Below, piece by piece: positions 49,001-62,400 of a stretch of DNA of 64,000 bases. The position numbers and the translations under genes are program-made. The stretch comes from Phoronis australis. Its lineage: Eukaryota; Animalia; Phoronida. Numbering within the stretch: position 1 is the stretch's first letter; every line of letters starts with the position of its first letter. The stretch is taken from contig NMRA01000110.1 of NCBI GenBank assembly GCA_002633005.1, forward strand, positions 124,001-188,000, in the 5' to 3' direction. The notes under the pieces were generated by a model, which was given only the letters and a program-made list of their open reading frames with translations, made no database searches and was not told where the DNA came from.

Positions 49001-51377
49001 TTGCGCCATCTATTGTTCTTCATTGTAGTTCATTATATGCTCTCTATTCGATTTCTTCACTAGTCACATGAATGTTACCGTGTTATCCATTATTGCCGAC
49101 TTGATCGTCATGATTGTCGTCGTCGCTCTCATTGTCGTCTTTTCGATTAATTCCGCCAAGTGTCGCTCTTCCGAGCGCTCTCGTTTTTACTTGGCGAAAT
49201 AAATTTCGCCAAAGATTATGCTTCAAGTAAGATTCTATGAAATGTCCGATATTTAGGTTCCGTCCGATAATTAGGTACACTATGTGTAAGGTAATTATGT
49301 TGCTCTTCCAATCAAGTTAGTTTTTACTTGGCGAAATAAATTTCGCCAAGTATGTTGCTCTTCCACTAAGTTTGTTTGTTTTTTTTTCGCACGATACAGG
49401 TCGCAATTTTCGTCCGATCATCACGAAATTTATACATAACACGTACTTCCGGAAGTACTGGAAGCCTACTGTTTTTTTGTCAAAATCGGATCCAAGATGG
49501 CGGCTGTGGTGGCCATTTTGTTTTCATTTAAAGGTTCAAATGCTTCTGGAGGCTACAATTTTTTACGTTAAAGGCTTATTGAATCGGCACAGTATATGGA
49601 TTGGAAGTTTTCTACAAGTGTACCGGAAATTGTTTACTTCTGGTTAAAGATGGCGGAAATATCGGCGATCGCGCATGCACACCTCGATTTTGGCCTAAAA
49701 ACGTTTTCCCCTGTAGAGGGCGCATTATAAGACCAATTCCTTCGAATTTTTACAGGTATTAGTTTCTTATGACATGCTATTATGCAAAGCCAAAAAACCG
49801 GAAGTTGCTTTCAAGATGGCGGATCTGGCGCATGTTGACCCATTTTCAGTCGTGCTGGAGTGCGATTCTAAACGGGAAGAGAAAAAGACGTGATTTTTTG
49901 CATGTGGATTCTTTGAAGTATATCCCTTCAAATGGCCTATAACAATTTTTTTCTCAGACTTATCGTTTTCGAGTTATTTGACTTTGAATTTCTTTAAAAA
50001 AACGCAAAATTTAATTTTTTCGAAAAATTTACGGAATTAGGCAATACCATCAGTTTAGATAGAATTTTGAACGGGCTTTCAGAAGATGTTTTCCATTTTT
50101 TGCTAGGACGTCTACTTTTCGAGTTATTTGAGATTTTCTGATAACGCTGTTCCTTTGTTGAGCGCTCTTGCTGCATTGANGTCGTCTCCCTCATCGTCGT
50201 CTTTTCGATTAGTTCCGCCAAGTGTCGCTCCTCCGAGCGCTCTCGTTTTTTTTGTTCGCACGATACAGGTCACAATTTTCGTCCGATCATCACGAAATTT
50301 ACACATAACACGTACTTCCGGAAGTACTGCAAGCCTATTGTTTTTCGTCAAAATCTGATCTAAGATGGCGGCTGTGGCGCCCATTTTGTTTCCGTTCAAA
50401 GGTTCAAATGCTTCTGGAGGCTACAATTTTTTACGTAAAAGGCTAAGAATCGGCACAGTAAATGGACCGGAAGTTTGCTACAAGTATACCGGAAATTGTT
50501 TACTTCCAGCTAAAGATGGCGGAAATATCGGCGATCGCGCATGCGCACCTCGATTTTGGCCTAAAAACGTTTTCTCCTGTAGAGGGTGCATTATCAGACC
50601 AATTCCTTCGAATTTTTACAGGTATTAGTTTCTTATGACATGCTATTATACAAAGCTGAAAAACCGGAAGTTGCTTTCAAGATAGCGGATCTGGCGCATG
50701 TTGATCCATTTTCAGTCGTACTTAGGTGCCATTTAAACGGGAGAAGAAAATGACGTGAATTTTTGCATGTGGGTTCTCTAAGGTATACTCTTTCAAATGG
50801 ACTGTAACAATTTTTTTCTCAGACTTACCGTTTTCGAGTTATTTGACTTTGAATTTCTTAATTTACAGAATTAGGCGATACCATCAGTTTAGATAGAATT
50901 TTGAACGGGCTTTCAGAAGATGTTTTCCATTTTTCGCTAAGACGTCTACTTTTCGAGTTATTTGAGATTTTCTGATAACGCTGTTCCTTTGTTGAGCGCT
51001 CTTGCTGCATTGATGTTGGTTTATCTTCTATTGAACTAGACTGTAGCCTATTTCTTATTGATTTATGACATCTAAGTTCGTCATATGAATGTTGTGATGT
51101 TGTTCATCATCGATCGCCACCACCATCATCATATTCGTCATCATTGTCATCATCTTCGTCATCATCTCCGTCGTTGTCTTTTCCGTTAATTTCGCCAAGT
51201 GTCGCTCAACCTTTTTCTTACTGATTTCGGACTTCTACGTTCGTCATGTGTATGTTATTATTACTTCTTTTGTTCATCCTCGCCACCATCGACGTCATAT
51301 TCGTCATCTTCGTCATCATATTTATCGTCATCTTTTTGGTTAATTTCAACAAGTTTCGCTCCTCGGAGCGCTTTCAT
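46067..51377 (+). mobile_element. Head-to-tail array of ~4 Helentron/HINE-like non-autonomous rolling-circle elements
   Basis: Most units start with the palindrome ACTTGGCGAAAT-AA-ATTTCGCCAAGT plus a GTTT microsatellite (the last unit lacks the palindrome). Units end with (TT)CGCCAAGT, a CGCTC-N4-GAGCG hairpin and a T-run. Boundaries lie near 46067, 47296, 49326 and 50250. Confidence 0.75.
48131..49080 (+). repeat. Three ~310-350-bp tandem repeats inside HINE unit 2
   Basis: GATAGA.(A/T)TTTGAACGGGCTTTCAGA recurs at 48131, 48481 and 48788, each followed by the GTTGACCCAGACTGACCCAG module. Confidence 0.9.
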
Positions 51378-52554
51378 ATTTATATTTTTATCTAAAGATA
51401 AAGTTGTTTTAATGTGAACTTGATATGAATTATATTGTGTCAGAGTTCTGCAATGTACCAGGGTCTGCCCCTGCTATCACTCGAAGGTCTGTGACAATAA
51501 CCTGATTGTGAAGTGATCACATAATGCATGTAACATTCAGAAATTGAGCTGACATGAGAAAAAGTGTTTTGGTGTTAAATTTAGTGACTTGCAGGTTGCC
51601 AATGTGACCTCGGATTGTGTTTGGCTTCCTGGGAAAAATCCTAAGTCGGCACAGCAAGTATCAAAATCAGAAACAATTCATCTGATATTCATTTCAAAGT
51701 TTGTGGTGTCTTTTAAAATTAAAATCGCTAACAATTTTCCCAGTTTTAATATTTGGTTCACAATTGATCTGTTTATTTCGTCAAGTCAGTGCATTTGCTG
51801 TCAGCACATGAACCCTCACCTCGTGTTCCTGCTTTTTTGCATGTTGTGCCTAGAATGACTTTCATGAAAAGAATCCGGTGGAGATTTGGCAACTTGACTG
51901 GTTTGCGCACCTCAGAATTTGTCGGGTTAGATCAAGGAGTGTTGTTGCGATAAATTAAGTCTCCTCAGGCTGCTGATGTTATCGTTCTCTAGATAATGAT
52001 ACACATGAGAGCCACTAACGGTATTTTTGAACATTTGTTTTGAAATTTTGTGAATAGCATAACGGTATTTGAATAGTTCGCAAAAATTCCATACGATTGG
52101 GTTTTTGAATTTTAAAATTGGACAAGAAATGTGACTTTTTTACCTACGTTTGTTTCATATGTTGCAATAATAGGTTACTTATTAATTTTGCTGAGTGTGC
52201 AACATAATTTGGCAGATTTCTAGACCTGAGGCAACAATTGGATTTTGAGATAAGCCAAGTGTCATCCTACAATTCTTGGTATGTTAATTTACATCTTCCC
52301 AATCAACCAACCAGTTACTTGAAAGTGCGAAAATCACAATTTCACACAAAAACACTTTTTTCAATTCCCAAAGGCATCTTACAATGTGGACAATTATTGA
52401 AAAATATGCAAAATAAAACGCCAGTCTTCGTGTGAACTAAGTTTGTCGTACAAATTATTTGAGGAAAATTCCCTTTCTACGCTTAAAGAAATTGTTTTCT
52501 ATAAAATGACAGGAAGCATTGGTTGTATTTTCAGTTGAAAGACAATGTATAGTT

Positions 52555-52659
52555 ATGGCTGTACAGGAAACACTAAGTGGATCAGAACATTATATTTGGT
52601 ACCTTCATGACATTATTGGGAAAGGAGCCACAGGAAATGTTTTTAAATGTAGAAACAAA
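52555..52659 (+). CDS. TBK1: TBK1/IKKepsilon-like Ser/Thr kinase, first coding exon
   Basis: MAVQETLSGSEHYIWYLHDIIGKGATGNVFKCRNK resembles TBK1 [29 protein letters not shown]. Acceptor ttttcAG at 52533-52534, donor GTAAGT at 52660. Confidence 0.88.
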
Positions 52660-52671
52660 GTAAGTATGTAT

Positions 52672-52710
<39 letters not shown>

Positions 52711-53432
52711 ATTTATCATCAGGAGGTTTCAGCCTACTGGTATAATCAGTGTTTTAACACCTTTTGTGCTATTATGGCAGTGTGATGTACTAATGCCATA
52801 CAATACATGTGACTTCCATCAATAATACCTACACAATTAGGAAATCCCAATTTAATATGAACCCGTCTATTCTGCTTTCCAAACACTTGGAAATTTAACG
52901 TAGCGAGGCACTGAGTATTCGGCTAAGACTTTAACAAATTTCATGTGCGCACTTGTGAATTGTTGTAAGTGAGAAACAAACAATGCACTGTAGAAAGACC
53001 AAATTTTCGCATCAACTAGATTGCTTATTTTTATTGTCTAATGCAAGAAGCATTGGACGAGATCCATCCATATACCGATTTTCAAAAAGATCTGTCCGGG
53101 AATGCCGGAGATACAGCACAGAAACCCAATCAGTTATTGAGCAGTCACTTAAAAATCTCAAATAACTCGAGGATGGTATGTCCTAAACGACAAAAATATA
53201 TTGCACATTTCCAATAGCAGTTGAAATGATCTATTCACACAAAAAATCTTAAAAATTCTACCCGAAACAGATGAGCTATGTTTCCACAAATTGAGAAATG
53301 ACTGCCACAGTGCCATCTTGCGTCCGATTTCAACCAATTTATAATACAGTAATTCTTCACCTGTTTAGCCCATACTATGGCAGATATGTGAATTTCTATT
53401 TGTTAAATTTCTCAAGCAAATGAAAATTAAAA

Positions 53433-54571
53433 ATGAAAGCGCTCCGATGAGCGACACTTGGCAAAATTAACAGAAAAGACGACGATAGAGATGATGACAA
53501 ATATGATGACGATGGTGGCGATGATGAACAATTCAAGTAATGATGACATTCACAAGATGAATGTAGAGGCCAGACATCAGTAAGTATAGGCTACAGTCTT
53601 GAGCGAAATTAACTAAAAAGATGATGACGAATATGGTGATGATGCTGCACAACATCATAACATTCATATGACGCACTTAGATGTCATAAATCAGTAAGAA
53701 ATAGGCTACAGTCTTGTTCAATAGAAGCTAAACCAACATCAATGCAGTAAGAGCGCTCAAGAAAGGAACAACACTATCAGAAAATCTCGAATAATTCAAA
53801 AAGTAGACGTCCTAATGAAAAATGAAAGATATCATCTGAAAGCCCGTTCAAAACTACGTATCTAAATTGTTATTATCATGCACTTCCGTAAATTTTTCGA
53901 AAAAATGAAATTTTCCATTTGTTTAAAGAAATTCAAAGTCAAATAACTTGAAAACGGTAAGTCTGAGAAAAAAATGTTACAGTTCAATTAAAAGAGTACA
54001 CGTCAGAGAATCCACATGCAAAAATTCATGTCATTTCCTCCTCCCATTTAAATGGCACCTCAGAACGACTGAAAATGGGTCAACATGCACCAGATTCCCC
54101 ATCTTGAAAGCAACTTCCGGTTTTTTAGCTTTATATAATAGCATGTCAAAAAAACTAATATCTGAAAAATAATCGAAAGAATTGGCCTTATAATGCGCCC
54201 TCTACAGGAGAAGACGATTTTAGGCCAAAATCGAGGTGCGCATGCGCGATCGCCGATATTTCCGCCATCTTTAACCGGAAGTAAACAATTTCCAGTATAC
54301 TTGTAGCACACTTCTGGTCCATTAACTGTGCCGATTCTTAGCCTTGTACATAAAAAATTGTAGCCTCCAGAAGCATTTGAACCTTTAATCGAAAACAAAA
54401 TGGCCGCCACATCCACCATCTTGGATCCGATTATGACGAAAAACAATAGGCTTACAGTACTTCCCAAACTACGTGTTATGTGTAAATTTTGACAAAAATT
54501 GCGACCTGTATCGTGCGAACAAACAAAAAAACAAACTTGATGGAAGAGCAACATACTTGGCGAAATTTATT

Positions 54572-54575
<4 letters not shown>
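53433..54575 (-). mobile_element. Helentron/HINE-like element, inverted copy in the kinase intron
   Basis: Reverse complement of the array unit. The 5' palindrome is cut by a (CA)n run. Confidence 0.75.

Positions 54576-54632
<57 letters not shown>
54575..54632. repeat. (CA)n microsatellite
   Basis: About 28 perfect CA units, followed by a degenerate CAATCACA tail. Confidence 0.97.
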
Positions 54633-54636
<4 letters not shown>

Positions 54637-55304
54637 ATCACAATCACACTCAATCACACACACAATCACACCTATTTACACTGTGCATGGTGCATAACTT
54701 GTATAAACAGGCTCTGTATTCACAATCAGAAACTGAAACTTCTTTTAATATAAGTTGTTATGTTTTGACATGTTGATGTTCTGTAAGGAAGTAAAATAAA
54801 ACCAGTCTCAGCCACAGCAGTGACAGCACTAAAAATAGCACAGGTGAAGATACAGAGCTATGACTCAGCTATTACTACAAGCAACTGAGCTCATTCTTAT
54901 CAGTTTCAATGGGTATTTGACATGTTTCTGCTAATAAAGTGCAAATACTAAATTAGTGGAAAAACCCAGCATGCAGGTTTGATAATATTCAACTGACACT
55001 CAGAAAGCGATAGTGAAAGTCAAGGGTTTGGGCTCATGTCCAAATAAAGTGACTGAAATTACTGGGAAACCAATTACTAAGTTATGGTGATAAATAGCAG
55101 GAAGAGAAAACCAGGAAGGGACGACTAGCTGGTTATCTCTTCAAATAGGAATGACTGAATAAGGATTTACCCTAGAGGATTCAAATGGGGAACATGCACA
55201 CATGGGTGGCGATCTTAACATGCTTTTCTGCACAGAATCAGCAAAAACTAATTGACACTTTATATTAACCTTAATGGATGATTGTCAGCCTTCATTGTAT
55301 TGTA

Positions 55305-55964
55305 TGGAAAGCCAAAGCGGAAAAAATTTCAGGACAAAAATCAAAATCTGCAGGACCAAAAAACTCAAAACCAAAAGTGCCAGGACCTTTGATTTATCAC
55401 GTCAGGACAGAAAAATGATCACAGCAGGACAGAAAATTTATTACGTCAGGAAAATTTCACATCTCAGGAAAATTTCACCTCTCATGAAAATTTCACGTCT
55501 TGAAAATTTCATGCCAAGAAGCCATTAACAAGCACGTGACCCTTCTAAGAGATGACCTAATGGGTACACCATATCTCACTGAAGAAATGACATAATAGTT
55601 ACACAAAGTCTCACCCAAGACAATCACAATATCATGACAATGAGGTTGAATTTATAGTGTCTTCTACCTTTTACAACAGAAGCCAAGGTATACACTTGGA
55701 CTAGACTTGAATACGGCTGAGTGTTACTGAGAAACAGCTGATCGTCATTGTCACATGTTATGGCATGAGATTTTCTCCTGGATAGAAATTTTCTCCTGTC
55801 AAGAAGTTTTGTGTCGTGGCATGATAAATTTTGTGTTCTGGCGTCATAAATTACAGGTTCTATCGTGAAAAATTTTGGTTTTGAGTATATTTTTGGTCCG
55901 GCAAAGAATTTAATTATTGAATATAAAATTTGTGTTGTGGAATTTTTTCTGCTTAGGCTTTCCA
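55305..55964. mobile_element. TA-flanked non-autonomous DNA transposon with long imperfect inverted arms
   Basis: TA-TGGAAAGCCAAAGCGGAAAAAATTTC ... GGAATTTTTTCTGCTTAGGCTTTCCA-TA; internal CAGGA(C/A)AA repeats are mirrored in both arms. Confidence 0.65.
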
Positions 55965-56005
55965 TAGCATTCACCTTTTCACCTTTGGGCATGAGAGTGA
56001 CTTAC

Positions 56006-57770
56006 CCAGTATGCAGTGTGACAGTTGGATGTTTGTGAAAAGGTGACATTTCTCATTGAATTCCATTTGAAAATGTTCACTGTGTGCACTGGGAACTGCC
56101 AAATAGCTGATTTTTTCAGTAGAGCATACAGAAATATTTGTTGAATTGAAAGACTCCTATCCAAATTCCAAAGGGTTGTTTGTTCAATAAGCAAGTCATT
56201 TGAGAATACTACTATAGGAAAAGGATTGTACTATGGGAAAAACTATGAAAGGTTGAGTCTTGATTGGACCTCGTTACAAATGAGCATTTTATTCATGGTA
56301 CTAAAAACTGTGAATTTCTGAAAAGCTGCTGGTGGGAAAGCTCAGTTTCCAATACTTTAATCATATTGACTGCTTGATACTTCATTGGTTGTCTATCAAA
56401 CTCAACACTACCTTAAGAGGCATCTGGATGGTATTTGGCACACAGCTACTGAAGAGATCACCCTGGGAGAGCATGCACATCAATCAATACATCATAGCTC
56501 ACCTTTGAATAATATGTCCCGGTGAGACAGGTGGGATGTCGCTCTCAGCTCATCTGCTTAATTTAGATTTGCCTCCTGTCTGTCCGCAGGTCTTCGGTAA
56601 CTGACACGGCATCAACTCGCAGGCAAAACTGTCCCTGCTATCCTGTATTTAAGCATGTCTGGGCTTGCTTGAATATCCCAAGCTACCTGTCCTGGTATGC
56701 TGTTCTCTCCCGGGATGCATTTCGTAGACCAAGTTTCATGTGAAAAGTGACATCACACAATCTTTGAGAAATATTGCAATGCACAGCAGGCAAAGCCCGT
56801 GATCACTCTAACTTTTCTAACTTGTCTTGGGTCTGCACAAGGCAGTCCTGGTAATAAAAACAAGAAGGATAAGTACCAAGAAAGATATTGCATTGCACAC
56901 CAAGTTTATAGTTATAACTATGATGGACCAAGGTAAACTGAATTTTTGTTGTTGTTTTCATTAAAATGTTCTCTTTATCAGACTTTTTGCCACATGTAAC
57001 CGTCTAATAACATCTGGCTCCTGTCAATTGCTGAACAGGTTGGAGCTATCATTGCTTATTGTACTATTTTTGTGGAAGTCTTTTTAGCTTTGAACACGAA
57101 TTTATAAAAATTGAAACTGCAGTGGATAACATTTTTTTGAAGATCAATCTACCTGAGCAAAAAGTTTTTCCTATCACTTTGTTTCCAACATCACAAAATT
57201 CCATTTAAAACAATTTTTAAGCTCCTACGTTCATTGTTGCATATCTTTTGTGAATGTCCCATTGCATTTCGGGGAAAATTACCGATAACTATTGCCAATA
57301 ACTATTGCCAATAACTATTACTAAGGCCAAAACTATTAAAACTAAATGCCCTTACTAAGTGGGCATCAAAGGTTTATCTTGTGAAAGTCGGTTGAAACCT
57401 GATCTTGCATGTGAAAATATGAATTTGAAGGTTGGAAGTGAATAGCCAGAGATGAAATGAATTATTAATTCAGTTTAAAAAAAAATCCTTAAAGATCAAC
57501 TACACTATTTTCAGCTTACGAGGTATTGCTGCGAAGAAAATCAAACCTTGTTACCTGTCCTAAGTGGTGCCTAATACCATCTCCCTTGCAGCCTTGACCA
57601 GACACACCTCAGAGAAAGGCATTGAATCAGCAGGGACAGCCTCAAAAGTTTGTCTTTGTCTTTGCCTTTCTGATGCTGCTGCAATGTCTTTGCCTAGTTC
57701 CTGTTGTCTTGAAAATCCCCACCATCCTTATGGAAATCTTCAATCTGAATCAAAGGCTTGTTTGTTATCT
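56006..57770 (-). pseudogene. Decayed spliced gene of unknown family, antisense within the kinase intron
   Basis: Three candidate exons (~57770-57555, 56847-56503, 56095-56006) with GT-AG sites and phase-1 junctions give one continuous frame interrupted only by TAG/TGA/TAA stops. Confidence 0.5.
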
Positions 57771-59494
57771 AGTAGTACATTTATTAGGGCTGGCGTGTAA
57801 TTGTCTAAACATCCAGAAAACATGCGTATAAGTTCAGTAGTCAACAATGAATGAAAAACAGGTATTTTTATTTGTGGAATAGCTAGGCATGGAACTGCCT
57901 GTCAAGTTATCAGTTGTTTCTGTGGTGTGTCTGCCACAGGCACACAGTCCGCTTCCAGGTTATTGAGCCAACAGAAATTGTTGCTGAGAAGCAATCAGAC
58001 TGACCCAGTTATGTTAACACAAAACTTTATCAGACTATTGATTGTGCCTGTGCTTAACTATTTATACAGTAACTCAAATATCACGACACATGATCTGATA
58101 TAGTATGAAATGACATGAAAATTCCACCTGACCGAACTACAAAAATAGAAGCCAGGGAATTTTTTTTACTGACTATGACACAAGACAGTCACGTACTGTC
58201 AAATCCAAAAGATGTCGCTCATGCATGAATATTAAAACAGAATCCAGACATACATTTCTTCAATTTGTTTAATTTTGATGTCATCACTTTTTGAATATTG
58301 TAATGTTGACACACATATGATGTCTATTGACAAACACTGTGTTCCGAAACGACTTGCCTTTTTGTTACAAACCATACCATTTTTAATTCTCAATCTTTGC
58401 TGTGAGGGAACTCAAACCTTGTAAAGAAAACATCCCTCATTCAATTTATTCTCTTGATTTCTGAAGAACTTGTCTCATATTACAGAAAGCTACCATTAAG
58501 CATGGTAAAGTCTTGCGAATTTCAGACAAAAACAATTACTAAATTTGCCCTTTTTTCATTTTCCCAGGCTTCTGCATATGCATTAATTTGGTGTTACATA
58601 TCTTTCATGGTAGAAAATGAGAAAATAAAATTTCATGTGTTGGCCATGTTGTGTCCTAAATTGGCGGCCTTTTATCAGAAGGTCACTTGACATTAATCTA
58701 CCAACTTCACTGCCTCATATGGTACAACTTGTGCCCCCAACTACAATTTAATGAGGTAACCACTAAGTTACTTGTTTGAAAGTGGTGCAGTGAAAAATGA
58801 GAATGTGGTCGAAATTGCAGAATATTGTATTACACAATTGTCCGAAATGTAATACACCTCTTAATTAAACCCATTCAAAATATGTCAGAAAATAATACTT
58901 TATGCGTTACATATCTAGATATATTTAACTAAATTAGTTCACCCTCCTAGGGTATAAGAATTAGAGAAAATAATATGATTGTCACATTTTGTCATCCTGT
59001 TAATACTTAATGGTTTGAAGTTGGTTTTGTTGCACATGCCATGTATATATTGAGAACTGTTCGAACTTCAGAGTATCATGCCATGTAAATGTTACTACGC
59101 CAAGTCACATGACCTGATATGGCATCATGGAAATTCCAATAGTTTCACCACACACAAGCAAGTTGATATGGATTTTCTGAAGCTGCAGTGATGTTGGGGA
59201 AATATCAACAACTTGGACTGAACCAACTCTGGTTCATAGAATGGGGGTGATACTATTATTCTCCTTATATTGATTTAACTTATGTATGATTACTCTCACT
59301 ACTTACCAAATTTAATTTTAAGACATTGAGTATTATTAAACTTGAGTTATTTGTATTATTTCTGATGTAATTTACAATAAATATATTGCTATTTTCAAAC
59401 CCTACAGCATCATTAAATGCATGTAGTCATTTCATATCACGGCCCAGTACATGTTGAGATACCGCAGAGCTGAATCTCCCCACATGGCTTTAAG

Positions 59495-62400
59495 TGTAGT
59501 AACACTAGCACTAGTGACATCTATCTGTTAGCTTGAATACTAAAGTAAATTTATTTCACCAAAGTAAAGTCAAATCTAATCATTCTATGTCCCTGGTTCA
59601 CTTTTGTAAACATTTCCTATTGTAACTTATGACTGAAGATCAAATGAAGGTTCAAATACTTAAAGTACATTTTGTTTTTAGTGTAGCAATGGTCAACAAA
59701 CCTAGTAATTCATAAAAGTAAGTCCTAAAGGTCTCACTTTTAGGGTGGAATTAATGTTATTTTCTGACGGGTAAATTTGATGATCATTAGGTAAATTGTG
59801 TACTAAATTCAGTTAACCTATGCCCTGACTAGTTGGTTTGGAAAAGTTAAAACTGCTTTTACTCAGTGTTTTAATGGAGCTCGATATAGACCAAACTGCT
59901 GGTAGCTTTATCAAACCATTTCGCAGATTTTAATCCTAACATGGCAAACAGCAGCTCCAACATACAACCTTTCCCATACACTGCAGAAGCAATAATGCCG
60001 TCAAAATCAGGTCAGGCTTAATACCTCTGTTGGAGTGAATACGGAACCAGTTTGAACTGGGTATCCACACAACTATTATTTGAAATTACCACCCAAAACA
60101 ATACCTTAACAAACTAGCAATTACCAGTGGTCTATCGGTGACACTTCCAGACACCCATGCCAGAGAACTCTGGTTCAAATCCTGATAACCTTAAATTTTT
60201 ACAAACAATAATTTCTAAAATATATAAAATACACCACTATCATATTGTCCCCCTCATAGTAGAATGACGTCCACGTCATCTGTTTGTCACAATACTTATC
60301 ACTGCTTCTCAAAGATCGCGATCAAGTTGCACACTTTTCCCAAGCATGATTCTAAAACTCTTAATTCTCTGAAGTCAGTCTGGAACATTGCAGGCAGTCG
60401 CTGCACTCACCAGTTGGTCTGGACTTCGTTTCAGTCGGGTTGATCGCCGTGATTCCTGCTGAAATGAACTTAATTGGCGAACTGCGTCATTACCTGCACC
60501 TTGTCCCTCACCATCAGAGTCACAGATTGGTCATCAGAAATGATCACAATAACAGGATCTTCGTTCACACTCATAAAAGAATCCTGCTCCTCAACCTCAC
60601 TTTCCTCAACACGGTCGTCATCATGTAAAAGAGAAGTTTCGCCGGCATTAACATTTTCTACATGGTCCACTGTGGCATTCATCTGTTATCCATGACCATC
60701 CTCTTCTATTTCTTCTGGCTGACGTAGTACAATAATAGTTCATCATGAAAAGCATCATCATTATTGTCGGATGAGGACAAGCTTGCAGACGTTCTCGATC
60801 TCAAAGACTGACTCGGTCCAGTAATCCTTGGAGCTGGTTTCGGTCTAGGTAAAGTCCTGTTTTGTTTCCTTGGTGCTGCAGGTATCAGTCCTTATGATTC
60901 TTTTACTTTTCTTTCAGAATGTAAATAACCATCTGGCAACAACAGGTTTCTGTGTAGAACATGCTCGGACCCCGTTCCATTCTCTCTACTCACCACGAAC
61001 ACAGGAATATTTGGGTTTGGTATACTACGGACAATGTGAACTTCATCTTCCCATCTGTCTCCAATCTTGTACTTACCGTCAAAGGCAACAATTTTCACCA
61101 AAACTCAGTCACGAACTTCCTCAGCAGCGCCTTGCATCTTACGGTCCTATAAACCCTTCTGTTTTGTCGTCGACTTATTGGCTTCTTAGGTTGCTAAATC
61201 AGACGCCTGCTTTAGTCGGTCTCTCAATCCCCTTGATATAACTATAAGACATCGAAGAACCTGTCCTATTTTGCTCTGAGTCCAAAAGCCAAGTCAATGG
61301 GTAGTCTAGGCTGTCCACCAAACATCAACACGAAAGAAGATTGATCAGTTGACTCATGACGGTTAGAATTATATGTGTGCACTAGCGGTCCAGTGTGACT
61401 CTTACAGTCATGTTTCTGATATGTACCTAGAGTCCCTAGCATGCTTAAAAAAGTGCGATTGAGTCTCTCAGTCATGCCATTTCTAGACAGATGATAATTT
61501 GTGGTTCTTGACTTTTCGATTCCTGTCAACAAACATAATTCTTTAATGAGATTACCCTCAAAATTTGGACCCTGATCTGAATGTATTCGCTTCGGCAAAC
61601 CATAATGTGCAGTAAACCCATTAAACAAAACTTCTGCCGTTGTCTTTGCTGTCTGGTTCTTGGTGGGTATAGCCTGGGCAAATCTTGTAAAGTGATCAGT
61701 AATAACCAATATGTTCTGGAACCCTCCTTTCGACATTTCCAGCGTGAGAAAATCAATACATACCAAGTCCAGTGGCTGCGTAGTGACTATAATGATTTGC
61801 AAGAGGAGCACGAGCATCAATCGGTGACTTCCGTTTGACACAGCGACTGCAGTGCCAAATCCAATTTTCAACATCGGAATACATACCAGGAAAATAGAAC
61901 CTATCTTTGAGAAGTGCCAATGTTCTATCCCTTCCAGGATATCCAACGTCGTTGTGTAGATACCTGAGTGCCTTCTTCACAAACGGTTGTGGAAGAACTA
62001 ACTGATGTCGCATCACATCGTCTCATCGTTTCCCTGTAAAGAACACCAACGACCAATCTCAGCTAATTAAACACTCGTAACATATATACCCTCTTAGGTG
62101 TTACCGGTGCCTGATTAAAACTTGGCCTCCTGCCGTTCTTAACACATGAAATCCACCAGCGTAAATCCACGTCATCGTCCTGTGCCCTCCACCAGTCACG
62201 AGTAGTCATAGCTGATAATTCAAACACACTGAAGTCATCCTCTTCAATCCGAACATCTACTGATAAACAAACATTCAATCATTAGGGTGAAAAACATCTG
62301 CATATCGCCTTAATACTGTCAGTGGATATCATCCCTTCATCTGGTTGCGTATTCCATGTTGCCGGTAGTCGTGATAGCGCGTCTGCGTTGTTTCTACCAG

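Noticed and set aside
50170-50190. Apparent internal deletion in HINE unit 3
   Set aside because: It coincides with the N at 50180 and is probably an assembly join.
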